Source of the DNA: Octopus vulgaris
Lineage: Eukaryota
NCBI GenBank assembly: GCA_951406725.2
Contig: OX597831.1
Span: 48,980,001-49,044,000 of the forward strand
Direction: 5' to 3'
DNA length: 64,000 bases
Below, in pieces: positions 1-12,167 of the stretch. Position numbers and translations under genes: made by a program. The notes beneath the pieces were generated by a model. That model was not told the origin of the DNA. It ran no database searches and worked only from the letters and a program-made list of their open reading frames with translations. Each line of letters begins with the position of its first letter. Positions within the stretch are counted from its first letter, which is position 1.

Positions 1-474
1 TTTCTTCTTTTTACCGTTTCCATGCTGTTCCAATCCAACTTTCCGCTGTGGTCCTTTCATCTGTATGCTTTCACACTCTTGCCTGTCTGTGCATTCTTCC
101 GACTGCACTTTCTCATCCTCTCTCTCTGTGTCTTTTTCATGCGTCTCTAGGCATTTTCGTTCAGCCTCCTCGTCGCTTTGGAATTCCACCTCTGTTACAG
201 GTATCTCTGTTGATGGTTCCTCAACATATTCCGTTCTTTGTTGCATTTCCTCTTCCATTCCTTTACTCCTCTTTATTTCTGCTGTTGTTGGAGACTTCTT
301 TCTTTCTCTTTTCCTGCTTTTTGTCTCTACTTGTTTTTCTTTATGTGTCATAAAAGGTATTTCTGCATATCTTAAATACTCCTCCCCCAGACACTTTTTT
401 CATTTTATTTGATTTACCCCCACCACTGCTTGACAACCGACGCTGGTTAGTTTTCATCTTTGTAAAAAATAGAA

Positions 475-878
475 ACCATTGTGTGTAATTTGAGGAAGAT
501 TTCGTTGTTATATCTAGCATGCCTAACGATCATGTAAGGTGCTCTTTTTTGTTGGTTCGTTTTGTAGTAGTAAATGTATTACCGTAAATATTTTTATCGG
601 TAAACTTACAAATAAAACTGGAATTATCTCCCTTGTCCATTTGCCGTTACTGTTAGATAAAACGAGGCTATAATTTCTAAATTTTATAATATTTCAAGAA
701 ATTAAAGCATTATCTTACTAAACCATTGAATTAGAAATAATGAGTTGTAGTAGTTGAGTTCTAATATATATAATGAAAATTGATGAAAAATTAATATTTC
801 AAGGTAATATTAGAGGCAATATCAGTGAAGTTACAATGCAAATATCGTTTATATGAGATTTGTGAACGCCGAAAAAAT
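475..878 (+). promoter_or_regulatory. Conserved U1 upstream flank / putative snRNA promoter (also about 4243-4646, 8382-8785, 10074-10477)
   Basis: ~400 bp shared by all four U1 copies; ATCAGTGAAGTTACAATGCAAATAT at -58..-34, about where a PSE would lie. Confidence 0.7.
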
Positions 879-1042
879 ATACTTACCTGGTACAGGAGTA
901 AACCATGATCATCTAGGTGGTTCTCCCAAAGTGAGGCCCTTCCATTGCACTCCGGTTGGGTTGACCTTTGCGATCGCCCCAAATGTGGGCGACTCGGGTG
1001 CGCTATTTCTAAGTGTGGGGTCTGCGTTCGCGCTCACCCCGT
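879..1042 (+). ncRNA. RNU1: U1 snRNA (variant), copy 1
   Basis: Starts ATACTTACCTGG; loop II ATTGCACTCC (U1A site); CCCCAAATGTGGG stem III; terminal GGGGTCTGCGTTCGCGCTCACCCC hairpin; ~164 nt. Confidence 0.95.
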
Positions 1043-1661
1043 CATATAATCGAAAAATAGACAGTCCGACAACAGAAGTTGGAATTTCACCTTTTGACAG
1101 GGATCTTCCAGGTTCTTTCTTTTTTCATTTGTCTTTCAAATTATGAAGAACATTTTGGCTGGGTTTTGTCAACTTATTTTCTCCGAAGCACACGCGGATA
1201 GTGGTAAAAATCGATTTTCAGCCTTAACTTTTACCAATTTCCACGTGAGTTAAGGCGAGAAACAAAAGCAAAAAGTAAATTTTTAGATTAACACTCGCTC
1301 GATTTTCACCAAGAAAAAGCTCGGAATATATTTTGTTTTTTCAACCATAACTTTTAGCAATTTTGATGTATTTTGTTCAAACTCGATGCCGGTATTACTT
1401 AGGACTCATGGGATCTTTGATTGCTTTAAGTTCTTCGAAAAAAATTCGATAAACCGATTCCTTATGGGATTTCCCAATCAAATTGTCTGAAACCCATTTT
1501 CAGCCAAACGTTCACGAATTTCAACGGATTTCGCTCAAATTTGACGTCAGTGTTACTTAGTTTGGCTTGAAACAAAGTGCTTGAATAGCTTAATAATCCT
1601 AACTTAATCCCCGGCAACGCCGGGCTATACTGCTACTGTGCGTGTATTTTTAGTGGAAAAG

Positions 1662-4086
1662 CAAATAGCAAGGCCATTTTTAGTGGAAAATCAAATAGCA
1701 AGGCCATGTAGGGGGACATGGAGTTAAGTACAGGGTGGTGTTCATGTAAAGAGTTCAGGCCACTTGAGGTCAAGGGAGGCTTTGAACAAAGCGGTCGTCG
1801 GCATCTTCACCATCTCGTCTGGCAGCTTGTTCCACGGATCCGCAACCCGGACGGAGAAAGCTCCTCTCCTTCGATTGAGATAAAATCGTCGCAAGAGCTT
1901 TTCGGAATGACCCCGCAGCCGACGCTCTGGAGCAGGAGTGAAGAACAGCTCTTTCGAGAGGTTACACTTTCCGCTTATGATATTGTGGGTGAGAATGAGA
2001 TCACCACGGCGGCGGCGTTTTTCAAGAGAATAAAGGTCGAGCGTCCTCAGCCTTTCTTCGTAGGACAAATTTTTGAGACCATGAACCATGCGGGTAGCCA
2101 GCTCCTGGACTCTTTCGAGATGCTGTATGTCTTTGAGGAGATAAGGAGAAGAGGCTTGAATCCCGTACTCCAATATGGGTCTCACCAGCGTGACATAGAG
2201 TGGTAGGAATAAGGCTGCTGTGAGCATTCCGAATGACCGTCGAATCAAGAACAGAATTCCGCGTGCTTTGTTGGCAGCATGGACGCACTGGGCCGAAAGC
2301 GAAAAGGAGGAATCCACCAAGATACCCAGGTCCTTTACCTGATCGGTCCTCTCCAGCAGCAGACGACTCGGCTCGAAATCAAGTTGAGTTGCAGGAGGAG
2401 AGCCAACAGGCAGATGACAGCACTTTGACACGTTCAGACACAGGTCCCATTCGTTAGACTACTTCCAAATTTGGTGGAGGCATCGACGAAGATCCTCTAT
2501 ATCACCGCGAGGAGCGACCAGTTTGATATCGTCGGCAAATAGAAGGGTGTGTTGCGTGAGGTCGTCGGGCAAGTCATTTATGAAGACTAAGAACAATAAG
2601 GGCCCAAGCACTGAACCTTGAGGCACGCCACTGCTCGCACTGGAGACGTCGGACCGCGAACCATTAACTTGGACTTGGAAGGAGCGATCTGAGAGGAAGG
2701 CACCAACCCATCGTACAATATCCGGATGGAAACTATATGCTTGAAGCTTGACAAGTAATAGGCGGTGGTTTACCGAGTCAAAGGCTTTGGCAAAGTCCAA
2801 TAAAACGATGTCAACAGCATCACTATCATCGAGGATGCGCGTCACCAATTCTTCCATTACCAGTAAGTTGGTCAAGCATGATCTCTTCGGCACCAAGCCG
2901 TGTTGGGAATCAGAGATAGAGGCTGTGTTTTGGAGGTGGAGCATCATACTTTTCTTAAGGATGGTTTCGAACATCTTGCTGGTTATTGATGTAAGGGAAA
3001 CCGGTCGGTAGTTAAGCGGGTCTTCGCGGATCCCTTTCTTGAAAATTGGGCAGATTATCGCTGTTCTCCAGTCCGCAGGTATAACACCCGTCGCCAATGA
3101 CATATTGAATAGACGTGTTAAGGGCTCGCAGATGACCGGAGCCAACGCTTTGATAACCCGTGGGTGTATGCCGTCAGGGCCGTGACCATTGTTGACATCG
3201 AGGCCTTGAATAACACGTTTGACTTCGTCCCGCGTGATGACCAATCGAAGCATTGGAGGTACCGATCTATCAAATGGAGGGGGTTCACGACCATCATCTT
3301 GTTTGAAAATAGTTGAAAAAGCCTCGGCAAATAATTGACTCTGTTGATAAGGGTCCTCAATCGATACGCCTGTTGAGTCTAGCAACGTTGCAATCTGGTT
3401 GTTCAAGCGGGAATTCCGTTGGACATGGGCAAAGAAGGTTTTTGGATTGCTACTGGCATTTGCCGCGATTTTGCATTCATAACTGAAGCGTTCTTCCTTT
3501 TCAATTTTCACGGCTCGGTCTCGTTGAGTTTTGTACACCTCAAAAGCTGCAGTCGAATCCAGATTTTTGAATTCAGCCCGAGCAATATCTCTGAGTCGAC
3601 GTTCTCGTTTACCCTTCTTCGTCACCCAGGGCTCGTGTTTCTTCTTCTTGGGAAGCTCAACGGGAACTGCCTGGTCAGTCAACCAGATTACATAAGCTTT
3701 GAGGGATGACCATAGTTCGTCAACTGAGGACAACGTCATCAGGGATCGCCAGTCCAGAAGCGCGGAAGCCTCGGTTAGAATTTCAAGATTAATTGCAGAG
3801 AAGACTCTACGTGGCAGCGAAGTAGTCGTGGGCGTAGAAAAAGTTGTGTGCATGACGAACTTCAGGACCACATGATCACTCTTGGCAAGAGGGGCGCACA
3901 AAGATACGTCTGACACTGATCTTGGATAGCGGGAGAATACCAGATCCAGCATAGATGGCTGCTGCCCAGACCGATGCCTTGTCGGATATTCAACATGTTG
4001 CGATAGAAAACAATCTTCAGCCACGTCAAGAAGGGCCTGGCCGAACCGGGGAGATGTTGTACAAATTGATGCGGGCCAATCGATCG
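1662..4086 (-). mobile_element. 5'-truncated CR1-clade LINE (end of APE, RT, C-terminus; ORF2 broken near 2459)
   Basis: NYRPVSLTS, DFAKAFDSVNH, GVPQGSVLGPLLF, LFADD, LYSLEKRRRRGDLI; absent from the mirror site at about 8940-8955. Confidence 0.9.
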
Positions 4087-4646
4087 TTGATTCTAGCATA
4101 TCCGAAGACCACAACCCCGAAAGTAACACAAACGTGGTCTTTTGGTGGGATATAAGCAACAAGAAGAAGAAGCAAAAAATGATAATTAAAATTTTTTTAT
4201 CCCCCACCTCAATGTGCGTGTGTAAGGAAAAACTGAACCCTGAAACCATTGTGTGTAATTTGGGGAAGATTTCGTTGTTATATCTAGCATGCCTAACGAT
4301 CATGTAATATACTCTTCTGTTGGTTCGTTTTGTAGTAGTAAATGTATTACAGTAAATATCTTTATCAGTAAACTTTCAAATGAAACTGGAATTATCTCCC
4401 TTGTCCATTTGCCTTTAATGTTGAATAAAACAAGGCTATTATTTCTAAATTTTATAATATTTCAAGAAGTTAAACCATTAATTTACTAAACCATTGAATT
4501 AGAAATAATGAGTTGTAGTAGTTGAGATATAATAAATATAATGAAATTTGCTGAAAAATTAATATTTCAAGATAATATTAGAGGCAATATCAGTGAAGTT
4601 ACAATGCAAATATCGTTTATATGAGATTAGTGAACGCCAAAAAAAC

Positions 4647-4810
4647 ATACTTACCTGGCACAGGAGTAAACCATGATCATCAAGGTGGTTCTCCCAAAGT
4701 GAGGCCCTTCCATTGCACTCCGGTTGGGTTGACCTTTGCGATCGCCCCAAATGTGGGCGACTCGGGTGCGCTATTTCTAAGTGTGGGGTCTGCGTTCGCG
4801 CTCACCCCGT
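4647..4810 (+). ncRNA. RNU1: U1 snRNA (variant), copy 2
   Basis: ATACTTACCTGGCACAGG...TTCGCGCTCACCCCGT; near-identical to copy 1. Confidence 0.95.
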
Positions 4811-5227
4811 CATATAATTCAAGAACAGACAGATGAGAGAAAATTCTCTTACATTGTGTTGTATCGTTACAGACGTTCGTATTCTCCTGTAGTTCAAATA
4901 AATAATAGCAGCTCTCGCTTAAAAACTACAACTATTGTACACACAATGTTCATTTTCTTTTTTCGTTGTCGAACTGACACGCATTAGCCTCGCCCACGTA
5001 CGGAAACGTTAGCGGAGATTTTTCTGTTTTAATCCATTTGCACTACTAACAAGGACTTGTTTTCCTATAGCATTTCAATGTTCGCAGCCCCTTCCTATAC
5101 GAGATGATTTTTAATTACCCACAAAGAGGGGACAACGCAAATACATGTAGGGACACATGACACGAAAAACAAAATAAATAAAGATGCTTGTGATTGATTC
5201 CGTATTTTCATGTCTGTTACACTGAAT

Positions 5228-5514
5228 ATGTGGTTAGAAGTTTGCTTCCAAAACACCTGGATCCGAGTTTAGTCCCAGTATGTGCACCTAGGGCAAGTGA
5301 CCTCTGGTATAACCCTGGGCAAATAAACCTTATCAAGATAAGTAGACATTGGTGGTGATTTGTTTACATAACCGTTAATTAGCGATTTCGGCAAACCAAT
5401 AGAATAAATACTAGACTAAAAAAACAACTGGGGTCGATTTATTCGACTATACCCTTTAAGGCAGCGCTCCAGCATGGCCGCAGTCCAATGACTGAAACAA
5501 ACAAATGTAAAGAG
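5228..5514 (+). mobile_element. Degenerate tRNA-derived SINE (mirror about 7506-7800, - strand)
   Basis: Similar to the SINE at 57655-58075, including the GCTCCAGCATGGCCGCAGTC..ATGACTGAAAC tail. Confidence 0.7.
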
Positions 5515-6112
5515 ATTTTTGGGTGATCTTTCGATATGAGAACTGTGTTTATGATTCTTAAACACGTGTATTTGTTTGTTTCTGAAAATTTTTTTTTACA
5601 TATGTGGTGTGAGGGGAAAGGGGATCTTTTGAAGTCGGTGTGAAAGCAAAAGAGACTGAGAGATCGCGATTGGATCAGCGAAGATCTTTTGAAGACGGCG
5701 TGCCGTGTGTGTGTGCGTGCGAGACAGAAAGCGTGGTGGGTAAGTGAAGTTCTTTTGTTAGTGTGTGTGAAGAGATAGAGTAATGTTGCTGTTGTGTGTG
5801 TATGTGAGAGTGAGAGAGGTAACTGAAGTTTTTTAAATTCACTTTTTGTAGTGAGTGATTGACAGAGAAAAAGCGAGTGAGAGAGGTTACGTGTGTATGA
5901 ATGGCTTCAGTACACAAACACAAAACATGCGTACGTACACCTATTGCATGCATGTTTTTTTTGTACGCATACATGTTCATGTGCGTGTATATTTACTTTT
6001 TTTTAATGATTGACAAATTAAAAGAGAGGTTGTTATGTATGTATGTATATATATATAATTATATATATGTATGTATGTATATATATATATATGTGTGTGT
6101 GTAGAACGACCG

Positions 6113-6567
6113 TGCGAAGGGAGAGGTGGCGAATGAGTGACTCCTTTAGACACCGCACAGTCGCCTTACAATAAAAGCCAAAACATGGATAAATGAATAC
6201 GAGTGCCAGCAAGGAATAAGGAAGACGACACAACCGTAAAATGTTAAGTGAAAGGTTTTATTTATGTAGTAGCAGAGTGTGTCTCCGTGAGTGCGACATA
6301 AGTACATATATAATAAGAACAATAATAACAGACAGGCCGTCATGCATACAGTAATGTGTATGTGTGTACGAACAAGGGTGTATGCGTGTGGGACAAAATA
6401 TAGAGCATAGAAAGTGTTTACAATAGGACGCTAGATGAATGTTCAGACACAAGTTGGCGATGCTTCGGTATATGTACACACGTGACTTTGTTTACATTTC
6501 TGAAGATAACAGAAACCGACTGTGCGGTGTTTATAGGAGTCACTCATTCGCCACCTCTCCCTTCGCA
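6113..6567. mobile_element. MITE-like element with 51-bp terminal inverted repeats
   Basis: 6113-6163 and 6517-6567 are reverse complements with 2 mismatches; no recognisable protein inside. Confidence 0.75.
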
Positions 6568-6631
6568 TACATGTGTGTGTATACATACATAGGTTAATAT
6601 AAAGCGTTAATATATACATACATATATATAT

Positions 6632-6866
6632 CCATCACCATCACGTGACCGACCAGTCCATCACATGTAGTTACACATCGCTGGTCACAATGCGTTCGCA
6701 TTGTTTTAGCCTTCGAATGACGCCACCCCGCTGGCTAAGCGAGCAGGCCAACAGAAGAAAGAGTGGGAGAAAGAGTGGTGAAAGAGTACAGCAGGGATCG
6801 CCACCCCCTGCCGGAGCCTCGTGGAGCTTTATTTTTTAGGTGTCTTCGCTCAATAAGCACTCACAA
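6632..6866 (-). mobile_element. SINE-like fragment with RTE-related 3' tail
   Basis: Minus strand ends CTGGTCGGTCACGTGATGGTGATG, resembling the RTE 3' end at 12506-12522. Confidence 0.5.
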
Positions 6867-8217
6867 CGCCACCTCTCCCTTCGCACGGTCGTTCTACACA
6901 CACATATATATATACATACATACATATATATAATTATATATATATACATACATACATACATAACAACCTCTCTTTTAATTTGTTAATCACTAAAAAAACG
7001 TAAATATACACGCACATGAACATGTATGCGTACAAAAAACATGCATGCAATAGGTGTACGTACGCATGTTTTGTGTTTGTGTACTGAAGCCATTCATACA
7101 CACATAACCTCTCTCACTCGCTTTTTCTCTGTCAATCACTCACTACAAAACGTGAATTTAAAAAACTTCAGTTACCTCTCTCACTCTCACATACACACAC
7201 ACCAGCAACATTACTCTATCTCTTCACACACACTAACAAAAGAACTTCACTTACCCACCACACTTTCTGTCTCGCACACACACACACACACACACGGCAC
7301 GCCGACTTCAAAAGATCTTCGCTGATCCAATCGCGATCTCTCAGTCTCTTTTGCTTTCACACCGACTTCAAAAGATCCTCTTTCCCCTCACCCCACATAT
7401 GCAAAAAAATTTTTTCGGAAAGCGACGATCTCTTCAGAAACATAAACAAATACACGTGTTTAAGAATCATGAACACAATTCTCATATCGAAAGATCACCC
7501 AAAAATCTCTTTACATTTGCTTGTTTCAGTCACAGGACTGCGGCCATGCTGGAGCGCTGCCTTAAAGGGTATAGTCGAATAAATCGACCCCAGTACCTAT
7601 AGTTTTTTTTAGTCTCGTATTTATTCTATTGGTTTGCCGAAATCGCTAATTAACGGTTATGTAAACAAATCACCACCAATGTCTACTTATTTTGATAAGG
7701 TTTATTTGCCCGGGCCTATACCAGAGGTCACTTGCCCTAGGTGCACATACTGGGACTAAACTCGGATCCAGGTGTTTGAAAAGCAAACTTCTAACCTCAT
7801 ATTCAGTGTAACAGACATGAAAATACGGAATCAATCACAAGCATCTTTATTTATTTTGTTTTTCGTGTCATGTGTCCCTACATGTATTTGCGTTGACACC
7901 TCTTTGTGGGTAATTAAAAATCATCTCGTATAGGAAGGGGCTGCGAACGTTGAAATGCTATAGGAAAACAAGTCCTCGTTAGTGGTGCAAATGGATTTTT
8001 TTTTTAATCTCCGTTAACGTTTCCGTACGTGGGCGAGGCTAGTGCTTGTCAGTTCGACAACGAAAAAAGAAAATGAACATTGTGTGTGTACAATACTTGT
8101 AGTTCTTAAGCGAGAGCTGCTATTATTTATTTGAACTACAGGAGAATACGAACGTCTGTAACGATACAACACAATGTAAGAGAATTTCCTCTCATCAGTC
8201 TGTTCTTGAATTATATG

Positions 8218-8381
8218 ATGGGGTGAGCGCGAACGCAGACCCCACACTTAGAAATAGCGCACCCGAGTCGCCCACATTTGGGGCGATCGCAAAGGTCAAC
8301 CCAACCGGAGTGCAATGGAAGGGCCTCACTTTGGGAGAACCACCTAGATGATCATGGTTTACTCCTGTACCAGGTAAGTAT
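8218..8381 (-). ncRNA. RNU1: U1 snRNA (variant), copy 3
   Basis: Reverse complement of U1; + strand ends CCAGGTAAGTAT. Confidence 0.95.
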
Positions 8382-8980
8382 ATTTTTTCGGCGTTCACAA
8401 ATCTCATATAAACGATATTTGCATTGTAACTTCACTGATATTGCCTCTAATATTATCTTGAAATATTAATTTTTCAGCAAATTTCATTATATTTATTATA
8501 TCTCAACTTCTACAACTCATTATTTCTAATTCAATGGTTTAGTAAATTAATGGTTTAACTTCTTGAAATATTATAAAATTTAGAAATAATAGCCTTGTTT
8601 TATTCAACATTAAAAGCAAATGGACAAGGGAGATAATTCCAGTTTTATTTGAAAGTTTACTGATAAAGATATTTACTGTAATACATTTACTACTACAAAA
8701 CGAACCAACAAAAGAGTATCTTACATGATCGTTAGGCATGCTAGATATAACAATGAAATCTTCCTCAAATTACACACAATGGTTTCAGGGTTCAGTTTTT
8801 CCTTACACACACACATTGAGGTGGGGGATAAAAAATTTTAATTATCATTTTTTGCTTCTTGTTGTTGTTGCTTATATCCCACTAAAAGACCACGTTTGTG
8901 TTACTTTCGGGGTTGTGGTCTTCGGATATGCCAGAATCAACACCAGATCTCACACCTTTTCCACTAAAAATACACGCACA

Positions 8981-9007
8981 CTAGCAGTATAGCCCGGCGT
9001 TGCCGGG
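8981..9007 (-). mobile_element. Helitron-type 3' terminus (mirror at 1610-1636 with CTAG mutated to CTAC)
   Basis: Minus strand reads CCCGGCAACGCCGGG hairpin + 8 nt + CTAG|T, the same layout as 48391-48418. Confidence 0.7.
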
Positions 9008-9293
9008 GATTAAGTTAGGATTATTAAGCTATTCAAGCACTTTGTTTCAAGCCAAACTAAGTAACACTGACGTCAAATTTGAGCGAAATCCGTTGAAATT
9101 CATGAACGTTTGGCTGAAAATGGGTTTCAGACAATTTGATTGGGAAATCCCATAAGGAATCGGTTTATCGATTTTTCCACTCATCGATTTTTTTTTTCGA
9201 AGAACTTAAAGCAATCAAAGATCCCATGAGTCCTAAGTAATACCGGCATCGAGTTTGAACAAAATACATCAAACTTGCTAAAAGTTATGGTTG

Positions 9294-9326
<33 letters not shown>

Positions 9327-9909
9327 TATCACATTCCCTACTGTATTCAATAACGAACCATATAATTCACTCTGGAAAATTTTTTCTGTAAAATGTTGGG
9401 AGTGGTTAAAATTTCCGAGGCTTCCACCTCACCCCGATTTTCTATCCCCAAAAAGGGTTTTGTAACATATTAGCAGGTCACAGAAATTCATTCAACGAAA
9501 AAAAAAAAATTCCCAATGATTCCGGGATTGGGAGGGGGGTTCCCCTCGCCCCGCTTCCTTACCGAACTAAAATAAGGGATCTTGCAGCATATTAGGAGGT
9601 TGGGGTACTTGATTCCACGCAAAAATTCCGAGCTTTTTCTTGGTGAAAATCGAGCGGGTATTAATCTAAAAATTTACTTTTTGCTTTTGTTTCTCGCCTT
9701 AACTCACGTGGAAATTGGTAAAAGTTAAGGCTGAAAATCGATTTTTACCACTATCCGCGCGTGCTTTGGAGAAAATAAGTTGACAAAACCCAGCCAAAAT
9801 GTTCTTCATAATTTGAAAGACAAATGAAAAAAGAAAGAACCTGGAAAATCCCTGTCAAAAGGTGAAATTCCAACTTCTGTTGTCGGACTGTCTATTTTTC
9901 GATTATATG

Positions 9910-10073
9910 ACGGGGTGAGCGCGAACGCAGACCCCACACTTAGAAATAGCGCACCCGAGTCGCCCACATTTGGGGCGATCGCAAAGGTCAACCCAACCGG
10001 AGTGCAATGGAAGGGCCTCACTTTGGGAGAACCACCTAGATGATCATGGTTTACTCCTGTGCCAGGTAAGTAT
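9910..10073 (-). ncRNA. RNU1: U1 snRNA (variant), copy 4
   Basis: Reverse complement of U1; + strand ends CCAGGTAAGTAT. Confidence 0.95.
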
Positions 10074-10721
10074 GTCTTTTTGGCGTTCACAAATCTCATA
10101 TAAACGATATTTGCATTGTAACTTCACTGATATTGCCTCTAATATTACCTTGAAATATTAATTTTTCAGCAAATTTCATTATATTTATTATATCTCAACT
10201 ACTACAACTCATTATTTCTAATTCAATGGTTTAGTAAATTAATAGTTTAACTTCTTGAAATATTATAAAATTTAGAAATAATAGCCTTGTTTTATTCAAC
10301 ATTAAAGGCAAATGGACAAGGGAGATAATTCCAGTTTTATTTGAAAGTTTACTGATAAAGATATTTACTGTAATACATTTACTACACAAAACGAGCCAAC
10401 AAAAGAGTATCTTACATGATCGTTAAGCATGCTAGATATAACAGCAAAATCTTCCCCAAATTACACACAATGGTTTCTATTTTTTACAAAGAAAAAAAAA
10501 CTAACCAGCGCTGGTTGTCAAGCAGAGGTGGGGGCAAATCAAATAGAGTATACGCACTCGCGTGCGCACTTATATGATGTCTGTATATATACCAGTGTAT
10601 GTACGACCGATTGTTTGATGCCTGGAATAAGTCTGCTCTGGTTTCTCAGGACCATGCGTTTAAGAAATTTCGACTGCGGGCCATGCTACTCATGAAACGT
10701 TTTTGAGTTTGTTTCTGAGAA

Positions 10722-12110
10722 GTGAGACCAACGCGAAGCCGTCATGTTGGGCAGTGCGAGAGAAGACATGAAGACATATGCAGAGATCGCCAAAGCGCGG
10801 GAAACCGAGAATACATACAAGATATGGAATGTGATGTAGACAAGTTGAGGAAGTACAGCAAAATGGTGAAACAAGAAGGAATGAACATAAAATTTGTCAT
10901 GCCAGAAGAAGAGAAAAAGAAAGAGGAAAGAAAAACAGTCATTTTTAGAACATTTTCTAATGAGAACAAAAGGGTTGAGAGAGCCCCAGAAGATGAAATA
11001 GATCTAATAAGGGGCTGTATTGACGAGGAAATAATTTTTGTCACAAGAGGAAAATTTTACGAGACAGTGGCAGTAACATTTGGAACGGAAGAAGAGGCAG
11101 CACAGAACGTTAAAGACGTGATAGAAGGAGACAAATGGACACTATTACCACGCACACCAGGGAAGAAATTAGTAAGAATCAGAGTTGGGCGGATACCACC
11201 AATGATAGAGCCTGAGTGGGTGATAGTGGGCATTTTTGGCGAAAGACTTCAGAAAAAAAAACCCCAGATCTAAATCCCCAAAAATTAGTGAGCAAGACCG
11301 AATACTGCAATTTTTGGGGATTTAGTTTAGAAATTGTCGGAAATGTAAACCCAGAGTATTATGAGAAAATACCAGAAACAATAGAGCTGCCAACGGGAGA
11401 GAAGTTGGGAGATAATACTGATAAAAGATTCACTTAGTGAGCAAGACCGAATACTGCAATTTTTGGGGATTTAGTTTAGAAATTGTCGGAAATGTAAACC
11501 CAGAGTATTATGAGAAAATACCAGAAACAATAGAGCTGCCAACGGGAGAGAAGTTGGGAGATAATACTGACAGGAAGACCACCCAAATGTTACAAATGCG
11601 GCAAGAGAGGACATAAAATGAAGAAGTGTCTGGAGGAGGAGTATTTAAGATATGCAGAAATACCTTTTATGACACATAAAGAAAAACAGGTAGAGACAAA
11701 AAGCAGGAAAAGAGAAAGAAAGAAGTCTCCAACAACAGCAGAGATAAAGAGGAGTAAAGGAATGGAAGAGGAAATACAACAAAGAACGGAATATGTTGAG
11801 GAACCATCAACAGAGATACCCGTAACAGAGGTGGAATTACAAAGCGACAAGGAGGCTGAACGAAAATGCCTAGAGATGCATGAAAAAGACACACAGAAAG
11901 AGGATGAGAAAGTGCAGTCGGCAGAATGCACAGACATGCAAGGGTGTGAAAGCATACAGATGAAAGGACCACAGCGGAAAGTTGGATTGGAACAGCATGG
12001 AAACGGTAAAAAGAAATTGCAAAGTCCAGCCAGGCCATCGTGTAGCAGACGTGCGATACTAAGATATATAAGAGGAAAAATAAAACTGAAGAAATGGAGG
12101 AGTACCAAAT
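10722..12110 (+). pseudogene. Decayed Tx1-type ORF1 (gag-like, CCHC knuckle); its C-terminal part is mirrored at 1-405
   Basis: RIRVGRIPP motif; CYKCGKRGHKMKKC encoded from about 11588; frameshift and internal duplication. Confidence 0.7.
11285..11570 (+). repeat. 137-bp direct duplication (11285-11421, 11434-11570) with 12-bp spacer
   Basis: The two copies read as identical. Confidence 0.9.
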
Positions 12111-12167
12111 TTAAACAGCAGATTGCGACTTCCTTTGTCACGCTCTGCTTTTATCTGTGTATATATT

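Larger units (their letters stand above)
1..12020. repeat. Large imperfect inverted duplication (left arm 1-6131, right arm 6867-~12020)
   Basis: 4087-6131 mirrors 6867-8940; 406-1661 mirrors about 8955-10545; 1-405 mirrors about 11612-12020; the arms have private indels. Confidence 0.9.

Noticed and set aside
791-1146. Repeated short ORFs (MRFVNAEK..., MGRSQRST...) here and at 4559-4836, 8195-8469, 9806-10161
   Set aside because: They overlap U1 snRNA genes; the recurrence reflects RNA gene duplication, not protein coding.
4087-4303. N-terminal part of the 614-aa ORF
   Set aside because: Chance read-through from U1 flank DNA beyond the CR1 truncation point.
1-12020. Palindrome as a simple read fold-back artefact
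   Set aside because: The arms carry many substitutions, private indels and an arm-specific LINE; a haplotype mis-join is still not excluded.
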